From positions 23,324,464 to 23,388,463 of the forward strand of contig NC_043011.1 in NCBI RefSeq assembly GCF_006345805.1: a stretch of DNA of 64,000 nt, read 5' to 3'. Every line of letters begins with the position of its first letter. Within the stretch, counting starts at the first letter, position 1. The DNA comes from Octopus sinensis. Taxonomy: Eukaryota. This document shows positions 51,186-64,000 of the stretch, piece by piece. Position numbers and translations under genes: made by a program. A model generated the notes under the pieces. It was given only the letters and a program-made list of their open reading frames with translations. It did no database searches and was not told the origin of the DNA.

Positions 51186-52005
51186 TAGTGGCTGGAGATG
51201 ATGAATAATTGGATGGATGTGATTTTACTGTATGTTTGTTTGTTTGTTTATATTCTTGTTGTTTAGCTCCAGGTCATTTCTGATTTAACATGTTTTCAAT
51301 GAAGGACATTTCAGCTATGACCATTCCATCATTTTAAAAGTATGTCTTCGGCTACATTATCTAATGTATTCTTTCTTTTCCCAAAGTTGAGTGTCGTTTG
51401 AAGGAGACTTGGTTGCTATTTCTGTAGAAGTGTTATAGTTTCAAGACGGTTAGAATGGGATTTGTTGTTGTTTGAAAAATTGTAGTACCAGGTGGTGGTT
51501 GTGTACAATGTGTTGCATGAGCTGAGTTGTGGAATCTTTCATTTCGTATTTCACTATTTGTTTTATGTACCTCATGTTTTGTGTTGTCTGTCTTTGTAAT
51601 GTCCCCTCTTTTTTCATGCTATATGCCGCAATAAAGAAATTGAGTTGTGGAATCTTGGTTGCGACTATTATATATGAGGTGTGAGTGGGAGCGAAATGCA
51701 ATTTTTATTTACTTTACTTTTTGGATCACTGCCATATATACACGTTAGAATTAAAAAGTTATGCAAATAAAAATTGCATTATTTTTTTACTTACCTTCGT
51801 AAGCTATTTGTTGTTTGGGTCATGCTATTTTATTCGGTTGTGACTAAGCAAACAGCATTTCCCAATCGAGGAAGGGTTTCTTAAAAGGTTGCTAAATGTT
51901 CTGCGAGAAAAACTTATAAACAAGTCAATTATATGCAAATGAATTTCTTTTTAGTTATCTTTGTGTTCAATTCTCTATATTCAAAATTTTTGGCGTCTGA
52001 GGCTA

Positions 52006-53193
52006 TTAGGTTGTCAGATAAATTCGTTTTTTTTTTTTTTTTATCCTACTGAAATGTGAATTAAGGCAAGGAATATTTTAATCGTAATGTTTCATGGTTT
52101 TGTAGCCCTATTCTTCCTCTACAACTTTTGTTTATCGTTGTTGAACTTTGAATAAATTTAGCCTCTTTTCGGACATGTGACGATAGAGAGCCAAGTGGGG
52201 AAAAATTAGCTGTTTTAACACCTGCTTCTCTTCGCATTCAATCAAGTCATCGAAGCTGCCAAAACCACTGTGTTGTGTACGGAGAATGCTCTCTTACTGA
52301 AAAAACCGTATAGAAATGGCTTTCACGCTTCAAGATGGGGAGATTTGACCTCACAGTCTCTTTGCATTCTAGCTGACCTGTTTAATTCAATGAGGATCGA
52401 GTTCATCCTCAAGGTTCCACGCCAATCCACTCATTATACAGTTGACGTGACCTTCACTCGATGGGTGAGGTCCAAAATCTCGACGCGTGGGTTCCACATG
52501 CTGTGGGCAAAAGAGACAAACTCCAGCACTCGATACCAGGTTCCTCGTGGACACAAACACAGATTCACCAGCGATGAAAATTGGTGTTTTGGTGTTTTAC
52601 GACAGTATGAAACTGAGGAAAGAATGGCTAAGTCCCGACAGGCAAACAACACCTCGAGCCAAGCCAGAGCTACATCTACGCAAGATAATGATGCGTTTGG
52701 TGAAATTGAGAAGGGCTACTCCATTGAATGCTTGAAAACAACAACACAGTCAGCGCAAAGCTTTACTTCAGCAAATACATCGGCTCAACGAGGCAATCCA
52801 ACTGAACCAGCACAGCCAGCGACAGGGCGTGCTTCCTTAACACGACAACGCGCGCACCCATGTCGCTAACTTGACTAAAAATGCTATTCAAGAGCTTGGT
52901 TTGGAAGTTCTACCGCACCCACCATATTCTTCTGATGCAAGCACCTTCAAATTTTCTACTTTCTTGGTCGGTCTCCAACAATGTGCGCGGCGTTTCGTTC
53001 AACACTGACGTAGAGCTGAAACGTGGCTAGATGAATTCTGCAGGTCAATACCTTCAAAGTATTGACAAGCTATTGGCAAGAAGCCGTGAACAGGGAAAGA
53101 GAATATATTATTGACTGATTTGTTAAAATGACTGATGAAAAGCAAGGATTAAACTAAGTGAAAAAATACGTACGAATTTATCCTACAACCTAA
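52006..53193 (+). mobile_element. Mariner element, degraded
   Basis: TA-flanked TIRs ttaggttgtcagataaattcgt and acgaatttatcctacaacctaa. TSDENW, HDNARAP and EVLPHPPYSSD remnants. Confidence 0.88.
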
Positions 53194-54149
53194 TAATAAA
53201 ACAACCCTTAAGTAAAATAACTTCTTTATTGGGAATTGCAGTTCCGTTAAAACAGAATCTCTCTTAAGCTTTCTTGCATCTGATGGATTTAGTATTGGTA
53301 AACTTTCAAAAATAGTATTGTGATCTGTTTCATTTCGTATGAAATTTAACTTTATGAAGAAAAAGAAAAATATTAATAACAACGTGCAAAAAAAAAAAAA
53401 AGAAAAGAAAAGGTTTTATGTAGGTGTTTCTAAAGACGTGGAATCTATTTCAAGTTTCCACAGCAATAAAAAAAGTTTGAGAATCGCTGGTGTTAACTGT
53501 TTTGAAGTAGAGAAAGTTGTGTTGGTTAATATTTCTCATAGAATATGTGCTATTTGTGTTTTGTAATTTTATTGCGTGGCGATTTTGTGGAGTAAGTATT
53601 GCATGAGGCAGTAATGCATCAGTTGTACTTTTCAATTCAAAGCATTTTGTGCAAAATGTAGGTCACGAATAGCAGGAACTATTGTTTGCATTGTAAGTGG
53701 AGAGCTCTGGCAAGATTACGTGGGTGGGGATGTGTCCTTGACCAATCATGGCGCTCTGATTATTATTGATACTCCTTTAACATCTTTAGCATTGATAGAT
53801 TATTATAATTGTTACTTGTCCTTGTAACAATTACCCATCACTGCTGTGGCAAATAAAGAAATTACGGTTATTGTTATTGTTGGCGACGTCGATGATGATA
53901 GCTATTGTGGTGGCGGTGATGGAGGTGATGATAGTGGTGGTGATGATGCTAGTGGTTGGTGGTATTGTTATTATTTTCTGAACATTTCCTACCATTTGTT
54001 TCTTGCTCACGGTTTTTGTAATTTTTATTTAAACGAGAAATGTTAAGAATGTTGTGTAGGTTTTTTTTTGTTTGTTTTAGAATCTACTGATTTAGATAAT
54101 TTAATGTGGCGGGTTTATTTTAAAAAGAATTATTCTCCTCAATAGTTGG

Positions 54150-55000
54150 ATTAAAATGTGTATGATATACTTTGTTTCATGTTAGGTATGTAGCCAATAG
54201 ATGTTTTAACTGCATACCTACTGAACAATTTGTGTTCTTGTGAGAAATGGCAGTATATGAAACTTAGGAAGATTTTGGACCTAATATTGAGCGAAAAAAG
54301 TGTGCAAACTTGATGATCTTCCCGCGCCGTGTTATCTTGATTGTACACCAGATGAAATCACAGGCAGAATTTTTTAACCGATTAACCTCGAAGGCGTCGT
54401 TGTAGTAAGAGATTATCGAAGATCTCTTTACTGGATGATTGGTTGAAAATTGTTCTGCTAACGCCATTCACGAGGCTTTTGAAAACTGAGTGACATCATC
54501 CTACGTTTATACATGTGAGCTTTCCATAAGGATTTCCTAAAGAATGTAAAAGAATTAGTACTATAATATAAAGCGAGTACTTTCTGATCGGGTCGGTTAC
54601 CTGGTTTCCACGGCGTATAAGTGACCGAGAACATAATATTATCCCATGAAAGGGACGCCACTTTATCGCAGAGTTAGTCATTTACGGCTGAGTGAACTGG
54701 GGCAAGGTGAAAAGAGGTAATTAGCTCAAGACCGCAACGCACCACCCGGTCCGGAAATCGAAACAGGATCTTACAATCATGACTGCAAGACCCTAGCCAC
54801 TAGGCTACGGACATTCGCTATGATATAGAGTGACATCAAGGAAATTAACTAAGACCTATAGTAAATTCCAAGCCGAGGGATCTGAAAGTTTCCATAACAT
54901 TTTTTCATTTTAAGCTGTCTAATGTATGCCCATTCGCCAAACTGGAAATGGCTCGAGTGTCATCTCTATACAGACCAATGCTTGCGAATGGCGCGAGTCT
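54150..55000 (-). mobile_element. Highly degraded Naiad-type PLE RT remnant, interrupted by a family C-type SINE (~54590-54812)
   Basis: Manual translation gives IGLYRDD...F.SLGLEFTI, SSSKEIFD..YYNDAF and FSLNI...FL.FI..HF..EHKLFSR..VK.SIGYIPNMK. Confidence 0.6.
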
Positions 55001-56771
55001 TTCTTAAATATCGATATATGTAATACGCTACGTGTCTTTGTATATATACTTTTTTGTAGTTCTTTGTCGTCTGAAGCTGTTGATTTTATTCCACTTTATA
55101 AGACTTACTTTCTATATCATTCGTCACAAGCTGGAGTCGTTCAGTTTATATTGTGTTTATTTGTCTCATGATGCTTAATGAATCAGTTTAAAGTCTTCTA
55201 AATTATCCAACAGCGTTTCTACTTTCTTACTACAGCAGCGTCTTGATTTTGTTGTTCTGTTTGTCTTTTGTATTTGAAAGTTCAGTCTGCTTTCTTAATG
55301 CTTAATTATTGTTTTAATATTCATAAAGTTTGATGATTCGCAGTGCATCGCAACATTTATAAGAGATTTCTTCATCATTATTATAATCCGAACAATTCTT
55401 TTGAGCTAAGTCGCTGCCATACCATAGAACAATGGCACTTCAGTTTGATTTGATTTTTTTTTCCACTGAGACCAATAAAAATCTTTCTCCCTAAATTTTC
55501 AAACAAGGTCTCCCCTCACTTACTGGAGCTGTCGTGTTTCTTTTTTGTATTCGGAAGTTCATTCTGCTATCTTCATTATCTCCTGTTTTAATAGTCATAA
55601 ATTCTGATGATTCGCCCGGCAGTGCAACAGTCATAAGAAATTTCGACACTGCTTTAACGTACGATCTATCGCCTTATTTGTAGTCTATGCTGTGAAATGA
55701 CTTGATCTGGGTTTGGGTTTGGAACACTTTGAAATTACAGATTCAAAATTCAGAAGGCCAAGGTATGTTAGTACCTCCTCATCTCTATACAAGAAATGCT
55801 GTTCTTCGTGAACTTCTGCAGTGAATCATACCTGCATAATATTTTGGGAGTGAAAATTTAATTTTCTTATTTTCCTATTATTTTGGCATTTTTATTTACT
55901 TCTACATTTTCTACACATCAATTTTCATCGGGTAACATTTTCAACAATAACTCCATCATTATTGAAGGTCCGGGTACTCTAGTCTAGTAAGAATACTCTT
56001 TTGAGAGTTGTCATTTGATCAGTAACGGAATGAAACGTTAAGTTACAACAGTTCGAAGTTTCGACCATATGATACATGCAATTATACATAAAAACATACA
56101 CAAGCTCAAGCGTGTACATACGCACACCGGATTAAATAACACTGCCTACATGTCGAAACAATTGTGATATTCGTTGGACAGCTGAAGATGGGAACGTATG
56201 TTTGATATGCTTCTTTGTGAACCTTTTATGCGTTGGAGTCTCATTCTGAGTTGTCCTTCAGTCTCGTAAGATTGAATATGTTTTGGGGTTAACGGTTTAG
56301 GATGATTACATATATTGGTATTGCTTCATTAACGTCATGATTAATCTTATTAGGCTACAATAATAATTAACTGGTGGTTTCTAGTTTTTGGAGGGTCTTT
56401 GACATGCGTATGTGTGCGTAAGTATGTGTATGTGTATGTGAGTGTGCGTGTTTGTTTACATGAGCGTGTGTGAGTGTGTATTTTGGGGGACATGATTTCA
56501 AGGTCGTGAGTTTCTGATCGAGTGGCACCTTATAGTCTTAAGCAAAGCATTTTATTTCATATTGCTCCAGCCTGCTCAGTTGTAATAAGTACTGTTCGAG
56601 AGCTGGTGTAGCTCTCCTTCTCCAGCTACCATATCTTGGATATTCTGTTGGATCAAAGGTAGTATAGCCAAGAAAGTGTTAGTGTCTGTTCATGTCTACA
56701 TATGGACCTAACACTGTTAGCGAAGCCTGATACAAATTATAAAGCCAGTTTTGATTCCGTGGCGGCTGTAG

Positions 56772-56862
<91 letters not shown>

Positions 56863-57017
56863 ATATATATATTGTAAAATTAAGGTTAGAAAGGGGACAT
56901 GAAAATGCAGTATCCAAACCATGTTTCGATAGTTTCCTATGTAGTGTGCCTGCAAAGCACGTTCACCACTTATGGCTACCAAGGCGTCATCTGCGTTACT
57001 GCGTTTTCGTCGCACAG

Positions 57018-57067
<50 letters not shown>

Positions 57068-57210
57068 GTGGGATGCGTGACTTAGTGGTTAGGGTGTTGT
57101 GCTGAAGACCGTGAGATTTTGGCTTAAATTCCTGGATCTGGTGATACGTTGTGTTCTTGAACAAAACGCTTCATTCCGCATTGTTCTAGTCCACTTAGCT
57201 GGTAAAAAAG
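57068..57210 (+). mobile_element. SINE family C head fragment
   Basis: gcgtgacttagtggttagggtg...gttgtgttcttgaacaaaacgcttcatt. Confidence 0.7.
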
Positions 57211-57219
57211 AGTAATCCT

Positions 57220-58065
57220 CCGAGGATAGGGACGATGATCAACCAGTTCAAAGCCCCAGTCATGCACAGCAGCCATTGAAACCAAGGACTTATGTGCTGC
57301 AGCATTGTCCTGCTGATGAAACAAGATCCCTTTCGTCAGTTTTCCTAGGCATTTGGTCTTGATAACTTTTTATAATTGCCTCAGCGAGTTGGCATAGTAC
57401 TCACTATTGACGATGTGGCCCATTTGAAAATAGTCAAAATTCGCAATGTCGTTTGCACCCCCGAAAACTGTGGCTATCAGCTTCCCTGTAGAGGAAATGA
57501 ACTTGGCCTTCTTTGGAACATGTGAGGATGGGGTACTTCCACTCCTTGGATTGTCTCTTTGTCTCTGATTCAAAGTGACGAAGCCAAGTGATGAACGTTA
57601 GGAAACGTTCAAGGAAACCAGCTGGATCTTGCTTTAACAATGACATATTTTTTCCGTGAAGTGATCAGTCTGGTGCGCTTTCGATCAGAAAACGTGGCAC
57701 CCACAGAGCAGAAACCTTCGACTGGGTCATCTTGGAGATTCTCCTTTCCGCTACTAAACTCAGCTGCCCACTTTTGCACTGTTGATAAAGCTGGAGCGTC
57801 ATCACCTAATGTAGTAACCAGGTTGGCATGAATGTCCTAGGAGGCTGAACCCCTTTTGTGCAGGTACTTGATAACACCACGATGCCAAATTTTGTCCATT
57901 TTCAAGAGAAGTTTGCTACTAGCTACATTTGAAGTCTTCTTTGAACAGTCAGGTGTCAGTTTGCCTGGAACGAAACAATGCAGTCTTAAATTCATGAATG
58001 CAAGGTTTCATAGCTCTAGCATCACTCCTTCATAGTCAGCCTATGGACTTCTCAGCCCACTCTCA
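57220..58065 (-). mobile_element. Mariner element, 3'-truncated
   Basis: TA followed by TIR tgagagtgggctgagaagtccataggc. PKKAKFISSTGKLIATVF and FHQQDNAAAHKSLVSMAAVHDWGFELVDHRPY. Confidence 0.85.
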
Positions 58066-58570
58066 TATACATACATACATACATACATACATACACACAC
58101 ACATACATACATACATACATACATACATACATACATACACACACACACATACATACATACACACAGACATGCATACATACATACATACATACATACATAC
58201 ATACATACATACATACATACATACATACATACTACATACATACATACATACATGCAAAACTACCCTGTTGATGTTGTTGAAATTCCGATGAAGGGACATT
58301 AGAAACCAGATCTTTCAAGAAATCTTGAAATAAAACTGAATGACATGCATACGTACATACATACATACATACATGCATGCATGCATACATACATACATAC
58401 ATACATACATACATACATACATGCATGCATGCATGCATACATACATACATACATACATACATACATACATACATACATACATACATACATACATACATAC
58501 ATACATACATACATACATACATACATACATACATACATACATACATGCATGCATGCATACATACATGCAT
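58066..58570. repeat. Two (CATA)n microsatellite tracts
   Basis: 58066-58255 and 58345-58570. Confidence 0.95.
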
Positions 58571-58579
58571 ACACAGTGA

Positions 58580-58880
58580 AGGTACGTGGCTCAGTGGTTA
58601 GGGCATTCGACTCACGATCGTAAGGTCGTGAGTTCAATTCCAGATGATGTGTTGTGTCCTTGAGCAAGACACTTTATTTCACGTTGCTCCAGTCCACTCA
58701 GCTGGCAAAAAATGAGAAGTACCTATATTTCAAAGGGCCAGCCTTGTCACAATCTGTAAGAACTACGTTGAGGGTACACGTGTCTGTGGCGTGCTCAGCC
58801 ACTTGCACATTTATTTCACGAGCAAGTTGTTCCGTTGATCGTATCAGCTGGGACCTTCGTCATCGTAACAGACGGAGTGC
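58580..58880 (+). mobile_element. SINE family C-type head with an alternative 3' body
   Basis: gtggctcagtggttagggc...gagttcaattcc...ccttgagcaagacactttatttcacgttgctccagtccactcagctgg. Confidence 0.85.
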
Positions 58881-59587
58881 ACCTCTTACATACACACACG
58901 CATGCACACACACAGATAACGTCAGAGGGTGTCTTGAGTCTGAAGCTCATTGGAGTAGTTCGCAAATATTTGAGGTGGAAAACTTTCTGAGTTTATACTC
59001 GAGGCAACGCTTGGTATCTCGGTTAGTACATGTGCACATGGGGAGGGTTTGTGCGTGCGAGTCGGTGAGTTTGTGTGTAAGAGTGTGTATGAAAGAGAGA
59101 GAGAAAGAGGGAGAAAAGAGGATAGGGCGCAAGAGAGAGAAAGAAAGAGAGAGAGAGAAAAAGAAAGAGAGAGAGAGAGAAAGAAAAAAAGAAAGAAAGA
59201 AAGAAAGAAAGAAAAAGAAGAAAGAAAGAAAGAAAGAAAGAAAGAGAGAATGGGATGGGGCGAGAGAGAGAAAGAGAGAGAAACTGTAGATTAGATGTGG
59301 TTATTCGACTTAAACTGGGACAGAGCAATCATCCGTGCCTGAGAATTCAGAACGTGAAAAGCCTGAGCAGCAAAGCATTTTCTTAGGCGCTCTGTATTTA
59401 CTGAATGAGTGTGAATATGTAAGAGCAAGTGCGAGTATATGCATACGTGCGTCTGTGAGAGGGAGAGAGGAGTGTGTCTATGTACAAGCATGTATGAGTA
59501 TGCATATGAATATATTTATATTTATGTATGAGTGTCTGTTTATGAGCATATATATATGTGTGTGTGTGTGTGTATGTGTGTGTATAC

Positions 59588-59657
<70 letters not shown>

Positions 59658-59773
59658 GGTTCAGTTGAATATGGTACTTAAGTTGAGGCACCAGAATTTA
59701 GTATGGTATTATCCATACAATTTCAAAATAAGGTGATTAAAATCAAAATAAGCAACAAGGATATCCAGAGGTA

Positions 59774-59862
59774 ATGCAGTACGATTGTTTCATGCAACTC
59801 CATTTAATTGAACAATGAAATCATTACATCAATTTAAAATGTAGAGCAATCTTCAGCTGCAC
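59774..59862 (-). ncRNA. Hammerhead ribozyme, inverted copy of 59976-60064
   Basis: gtgcag-CTGAAGA-...-GAAA-caatcg-TA-ctgcat. Confidence 0.75.
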
Positions 59863-59975
59863 AAAAACATAGAATTTAATTAAATTTAAAGGACACGTTA
59901 GTATAATTTTACCCAAAATCTCCATGAGGATAAGGAGATAGACAAAGAACATGCTTTACCAACAACATCACAGTT

Positions 59976-60064
59976 GTGCAGCTGAAGATTGCTCTACATT
60001 TTAAATTGATGCAATGATCTCATTGTTCAATTAAATGGAGTCGCATGAAACGATCGTACTGCAT
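59976..60064 (+). ncRNA. Type I hammerhead ribozyme with long stem II and palindromic stem III
   Basis: gtgcag-CTGAAGA-(58-nt hairpin aattga..caatga/tcattg..tcaatt)-GAAA-cgatcg-TA-ctgcat, with palindrome ACGATCGT. Confidence 0.85.
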
Positions 60065-60100
60065 TACCTCTGGATATCCTTGTTGCTTATTTTGATATAT

Positions 60101-60132
<32 letters not shown>

Positions 60133-60260
60133 CAACAATAGTATTAAGGAATGACCCTGACAGGCCGTTCAACTCACTTGAAAGAGCAGCTAAACTCAAA
60201 CCGCAAAATAGTAGTAATTCTGAAAACTAAAGGAGAAATAAAAACATTTATCCCCTTCAA

Positions 60261-60328
<68 letters not shown>

Positions 60329-61174
60329 CAAATTTGTTGTTGAAAATGCACCTAAATTTGAAAAACTTGTAATTGTTTAATATAAATTTATTTACATATA
60401 TATCAAACTCAACAATATTTTGCGTTTATCAATGGTAATAATTCAGAATTATGAATTAGAAAAACATGTTTAAAAGTTTCAATGTTGACAAGTTTAAATG
60501 TTCATAACAGTCGATAATATAAAAACTGTCCATCAACTTGTTTAAATGTACAAAGTTTATTAGTGTTAGTAGTTATCGACAAGAAATAAATATTATCAAA
60601 GTTTCAGGAGAAAAACAAGGGAGAAATAAAGATAGTCAAAAAAGGGATTTGGTTTACAATTTCTATGATTCTCTTTCCGTCGTTGGAGGAATTTTCGCTT
60701 GAAACGGTGTGTTTTGGAATCCGCTGTATTTATAATTTTTTTCCGCGAGCGGATTTGATTTTTGATTCGTTAAAATACTGGTGACGTCTTATTTTTCCGG
60801 TGGTCAAGGTTGCCGTTCTGCCTGGTTGGTTTCCCTGTGGGGAACAGTCATCAACCGTTCTGGTTGTTTGATTCTCTTAAAGGGTAATTTTGTTGTATAT
60901 GCTGAAATTCGGTTTCTATCGGAGATAAAATTTCATTACTCTGGAGTTAGGTGACGTCAGCAACTGGTGTTTGTAAAATTTCATTGGTCGAGAGATAGGT
61001 GATGTCGGTAACCGGTGTTTGTACGTGTTATTGTATGGTGGTGATTTGGAGTTGCGGTTTCAAAAACCGCGTGGAAGACTGTTACTAAAGTTTTTAAAAT
61101 TGTCTGTTGTTTGTGTGTGTGTGGAGAAATTGAGTCTTTTTTTTTCTTTTTCCCTTTAGTGTTTTTCTTCTTTC

Positions 61175-62640
61175 TAAGGGATGCTTTCCTTATTCAAACG
61201 GAATCGTGTTGAAGTGTTTGCGGTACATTGATAGAGAGGGAAGATTTGGCATTTCGAATTTATGTTTACAGGGCATTGGTCTAGGTATTTGCTTATGGGA
61301 ATTTTCCTAGTCGTGGGGTCCCGGATTTGTTGCCTGTGCACCGTTAGTCAGTCCCTCAAGGTTAAACTAGTTTGACCAATGTAGTCTCCACCACACCCTT
61401 GAGGACATAGATTAAGTTCTTCGAAGCACAGGTAAATGTTTGACCTGACTTAAATTTGTATGTTGAGCCCTCTAAGAGGAAGATGCAAGTTCCCTAGTTA
61501 GAGCGGTTTCACTTTTTGGCTAGTGGGGTTGTATTTTTGGTAGGTAATTTGGCACTGGTGAGTAATTTTTTTAGGGATTGCGGTTGTCTCTTGCTTTTGA
61601 TAATCCTATATGTTTCCAGTGCCTTTTTCATTCGCAAGTCTTTCGTAAGGAGGGGTAAGTTTTGGTGGATGACGTTGTATGCTTCCCTGTTCCTCGGACT
61701 GTGTGTTGATACGTAAGATAAAGTTTTGAGTGTGTCATGGTGCTTTCTTGTTTTCCGAAACTCTTGAATGTCTATCATTTTTGCACGTTCTATTCCGTTT
61801 TTGATTAGACTGGCCGGGTATTTTCTAGCTAGTAATGTGTTTTAAGTTCTTGGAGTCGCTTTTCTCGGGTTTCGGGATTTGATGCAATCGTGAAAATTCT
61901 TCTTGCTAAGTTAAACGGTATATTTATTTTAGTATGTTTTGGGTGGCAAGAGGAGAATAGAAGATATTGTTTTGAGTCCGTTGGTTTCAATTTCAGTATC
62001 TCTTTTTATGATTAAGATGTCCAGGAAGATGTTTGTGGCTGTATTCCACTGTGAACTGGATACTGTGGTTAATGCTGTTGGTTAAGTTTTTAAATTTTGA
62101 GAGTTGTTCAAGGTTATGTGGCCACAGAATGAAACAGTCATCCAGGTAGCGTTTTCAGTTGGTGAGTAAGTATTTTTGGAAGTTGTCTCCAAATTTCAGT
62201 CTTGCGATGTTCGTATATTTGGACTTCTAAGAATGCCATGACAAGGTTGGCAAAAGTAGGGGCTACCATCGTTCCCATCGCCGTGCCAGATTTTTGTCTA
62301 TAAGTGTTCTCGTTGAAGTTGAAGAAGTTTTTCTGTAAGATGAATTTTATTCCTTCAACGATGAATTCTTCTTCGATTCGGTCAGGAATATCATTTGGGA
62401 ACTTTTCCAGCCAACATTGTATCACTATTATTCCGTATTCGTGAGGAATCGAGGTGTAGAAGTTTGTTACTTGCTGGTTTTGTTCGGGAGATGGTTAAAA
62501 AATTTAGATCATCCCTTATAAAGCTCCGTATATGTCGGAGAATAGGTTTAAGGAGGACGTCAGTAAAGTTACTGAGTCTGTGTGTCTCACACGAGGCACC
62601 GGCCAGAACTGATCTCATTTTGAGATCTCTTGGGTGTGGA
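61175..62640 (-). mobile_element. Neptune-type PLE, RT-GIY-YIG pseudogene
   Basis: CETHRLSNFTDVLLKP, YRQKSGTAMGTMVAPTFANLVMA, RYLDDCF, PTDSKQYLLFSSCHPKH and FTCASKNLIYV..GCGGDYIGQT. Confidence 0.9.
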
Positions 62641-62762
62641 ATATATATATAACAAAAAGTAAATTATAAATTACGTTGCTCTCGATTGGATAAGATGAAT
62701 GTATATAGGACTGCAGGAGAGAAGCGCTCAAATGATATTGAGCCAGAGACACATATCAATAA

Positions 62763-63522
62763 TATAATTTAAGAACAAACATCGAATTCAGGTTAACGAA
62801 CATTATATATACACGCTTCTACACTTCACTACGTATAAATGATACCATGGCTTTCAAATGTAAAAGAAAAAAGAAACACCAGATAAAAATCATATATAAA
62901 AAATATAAAATACACAGGACCTGCCCAAAAAACGTATATAAAAATCGACTAAAAATTATCTAAAAAAGATTATTACAGTAAGTAAATCGACAAAAAATTT
63001 AAAGAGAAAAGTATATAAAATAGTGTGCAACCTTTTGAAACTCTGTTCATCCTGACGAGAGGGTCATTGCCTAAGATGCGTATAGCGTGCATGGAGGCAA
63101 CGGCAATGAACTCCCGAAATGGCCATAGATGTTAGATGTTAAATTACCTTTTGGAATGATTCGCGAAAATGTGGATTAGTTACCCGATTGGAGTCATATC
63201 ATGCTCCTGCAATTATCATGGACTACGACTATATTGACTTTTACATTTTATATATATAATTTTCATAGTTGGGTATAATTTTATTTTATATACTTTTCTC
63301 TTTAAATTTTTAGTCGTTTTACTTACTGTGATAACCTTTGTTTAGATAATTTTTAGTCGATTATTATAAACGTTTTCTGGGCAGGTCCTGTGTATTTTAT
63401 ATTTCTCTATATATGATTTTTTGACATTTGAAAGTCATGGTATCATTTATATGTAATGAAGTGTAGAAGCATGGATATATAAAGTTCGTTAACCTGAATT
63501 CGATGTTTGTTCTTAAATTATA
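62763..63522. repeat. Foldback element: ~250-bp inverted arms (62763-63022 / 63282-63522) enclosing a hammerhead
   Basis: The outer 39 bp (tataatttaagaacaaacatcgaattcaggttaacgaac) are perfectly inverted. The inner arms are visibly diverged. Confidence 0.9.
63048..63131 (+). ncRNA. Type I hammerhead ribozyme
   Basis: catc-CTGACGA-g..tcattgcc...ggcaatga..c-GAAA-tggcca-TA-gatg, with palindrome ATGGCCAT. Confidence 0.85.
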
Positions 63523-63532
63523 TATATGTATA

Positions 63533-63563
<31 letters not shown>

Positions 63564-63649
63564 GTGAGAATTTACAAAAAAAGACGAAGACGGGGAGTGT
63601 TTAAACAACAAGCAGATGTATTAGTTTAACGCACGGGAAGTGAGAAAGT

Positions 63650-63686
63650 CTTTTACGTTTCGAGCCTACAACTCTTCGACAGAAAG
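63650..63686 (-). ncRNA. Minimal hammerhead-like motif with core CUGUCGA, same family as 27341-27375
   Basis: cttt-CTGTCGA-a-gagtt-gt-aggctc-GAAA-cg-TA-aaag. Confidence 0.55.
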
Positions 63687-63699
63687 GAACACAGAAATA

Positions 63700-63760
<61 letters not shown>

Positions 63761-64000
63761 ATAAATTTTTACAAATTTCACTACCAGTGGCCTAGCATGT
63801 ATAAAAAGTCAATAGACGACATATTATTCAATATAAAATCAATATAAAATAGTGTACGCAAAGAGAAATTACCTATAACAGGCAATTTCTACACGCTAGG
63901 AGACAGTCAAAATGACCGAAAAACCACAAATATAAGCAATTTCAAAGGGAATGAAAAAAAAAACTTTTACCTTGTTTTTACAGTGATTTTTTTAGTAAAT

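Overview
Eukaryotic, AT-rich, repeat-saturated animal DNA, most likely a coleoid cephalopod (Octopus-like). This is inferred from three abundant tRNA-derived SINE families and very long (TA)n/(CA)n/(TATG)n/(AAT)n tracts. No intact host gene is visible. There is one convincing candidate first coding exon on the minus strand (13474-13608) and one MITE-interrupted 81-codon ORF. The rest is transposon debris: Penelope-like elements (PLEs, Neptune- and Naiad-type RT and GIY-YIG remnants), RTE, L1/Tx1, R4/Dong and CR1-type LINE fragments, three mariners, a DD40D rosa-type element nested in a mariner, a hAT remnant and MITEs. The most striking structure is about ten type I hammerhead ribozyme (HHR) motifs read directly from the sequence. 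They mostly lie 10-120 nt upstream of a (TA)n tract, and several are paired with an inverted copy of themselves or sit inside long foldbacks. One has a compensatory G3:C8 core. Two retroelements show twin-priming-type inversions, one with an exact 12-bp TSD. All family assignments come from manual motif recognition, not database searches, and coordinates of degraded elements are approximate.
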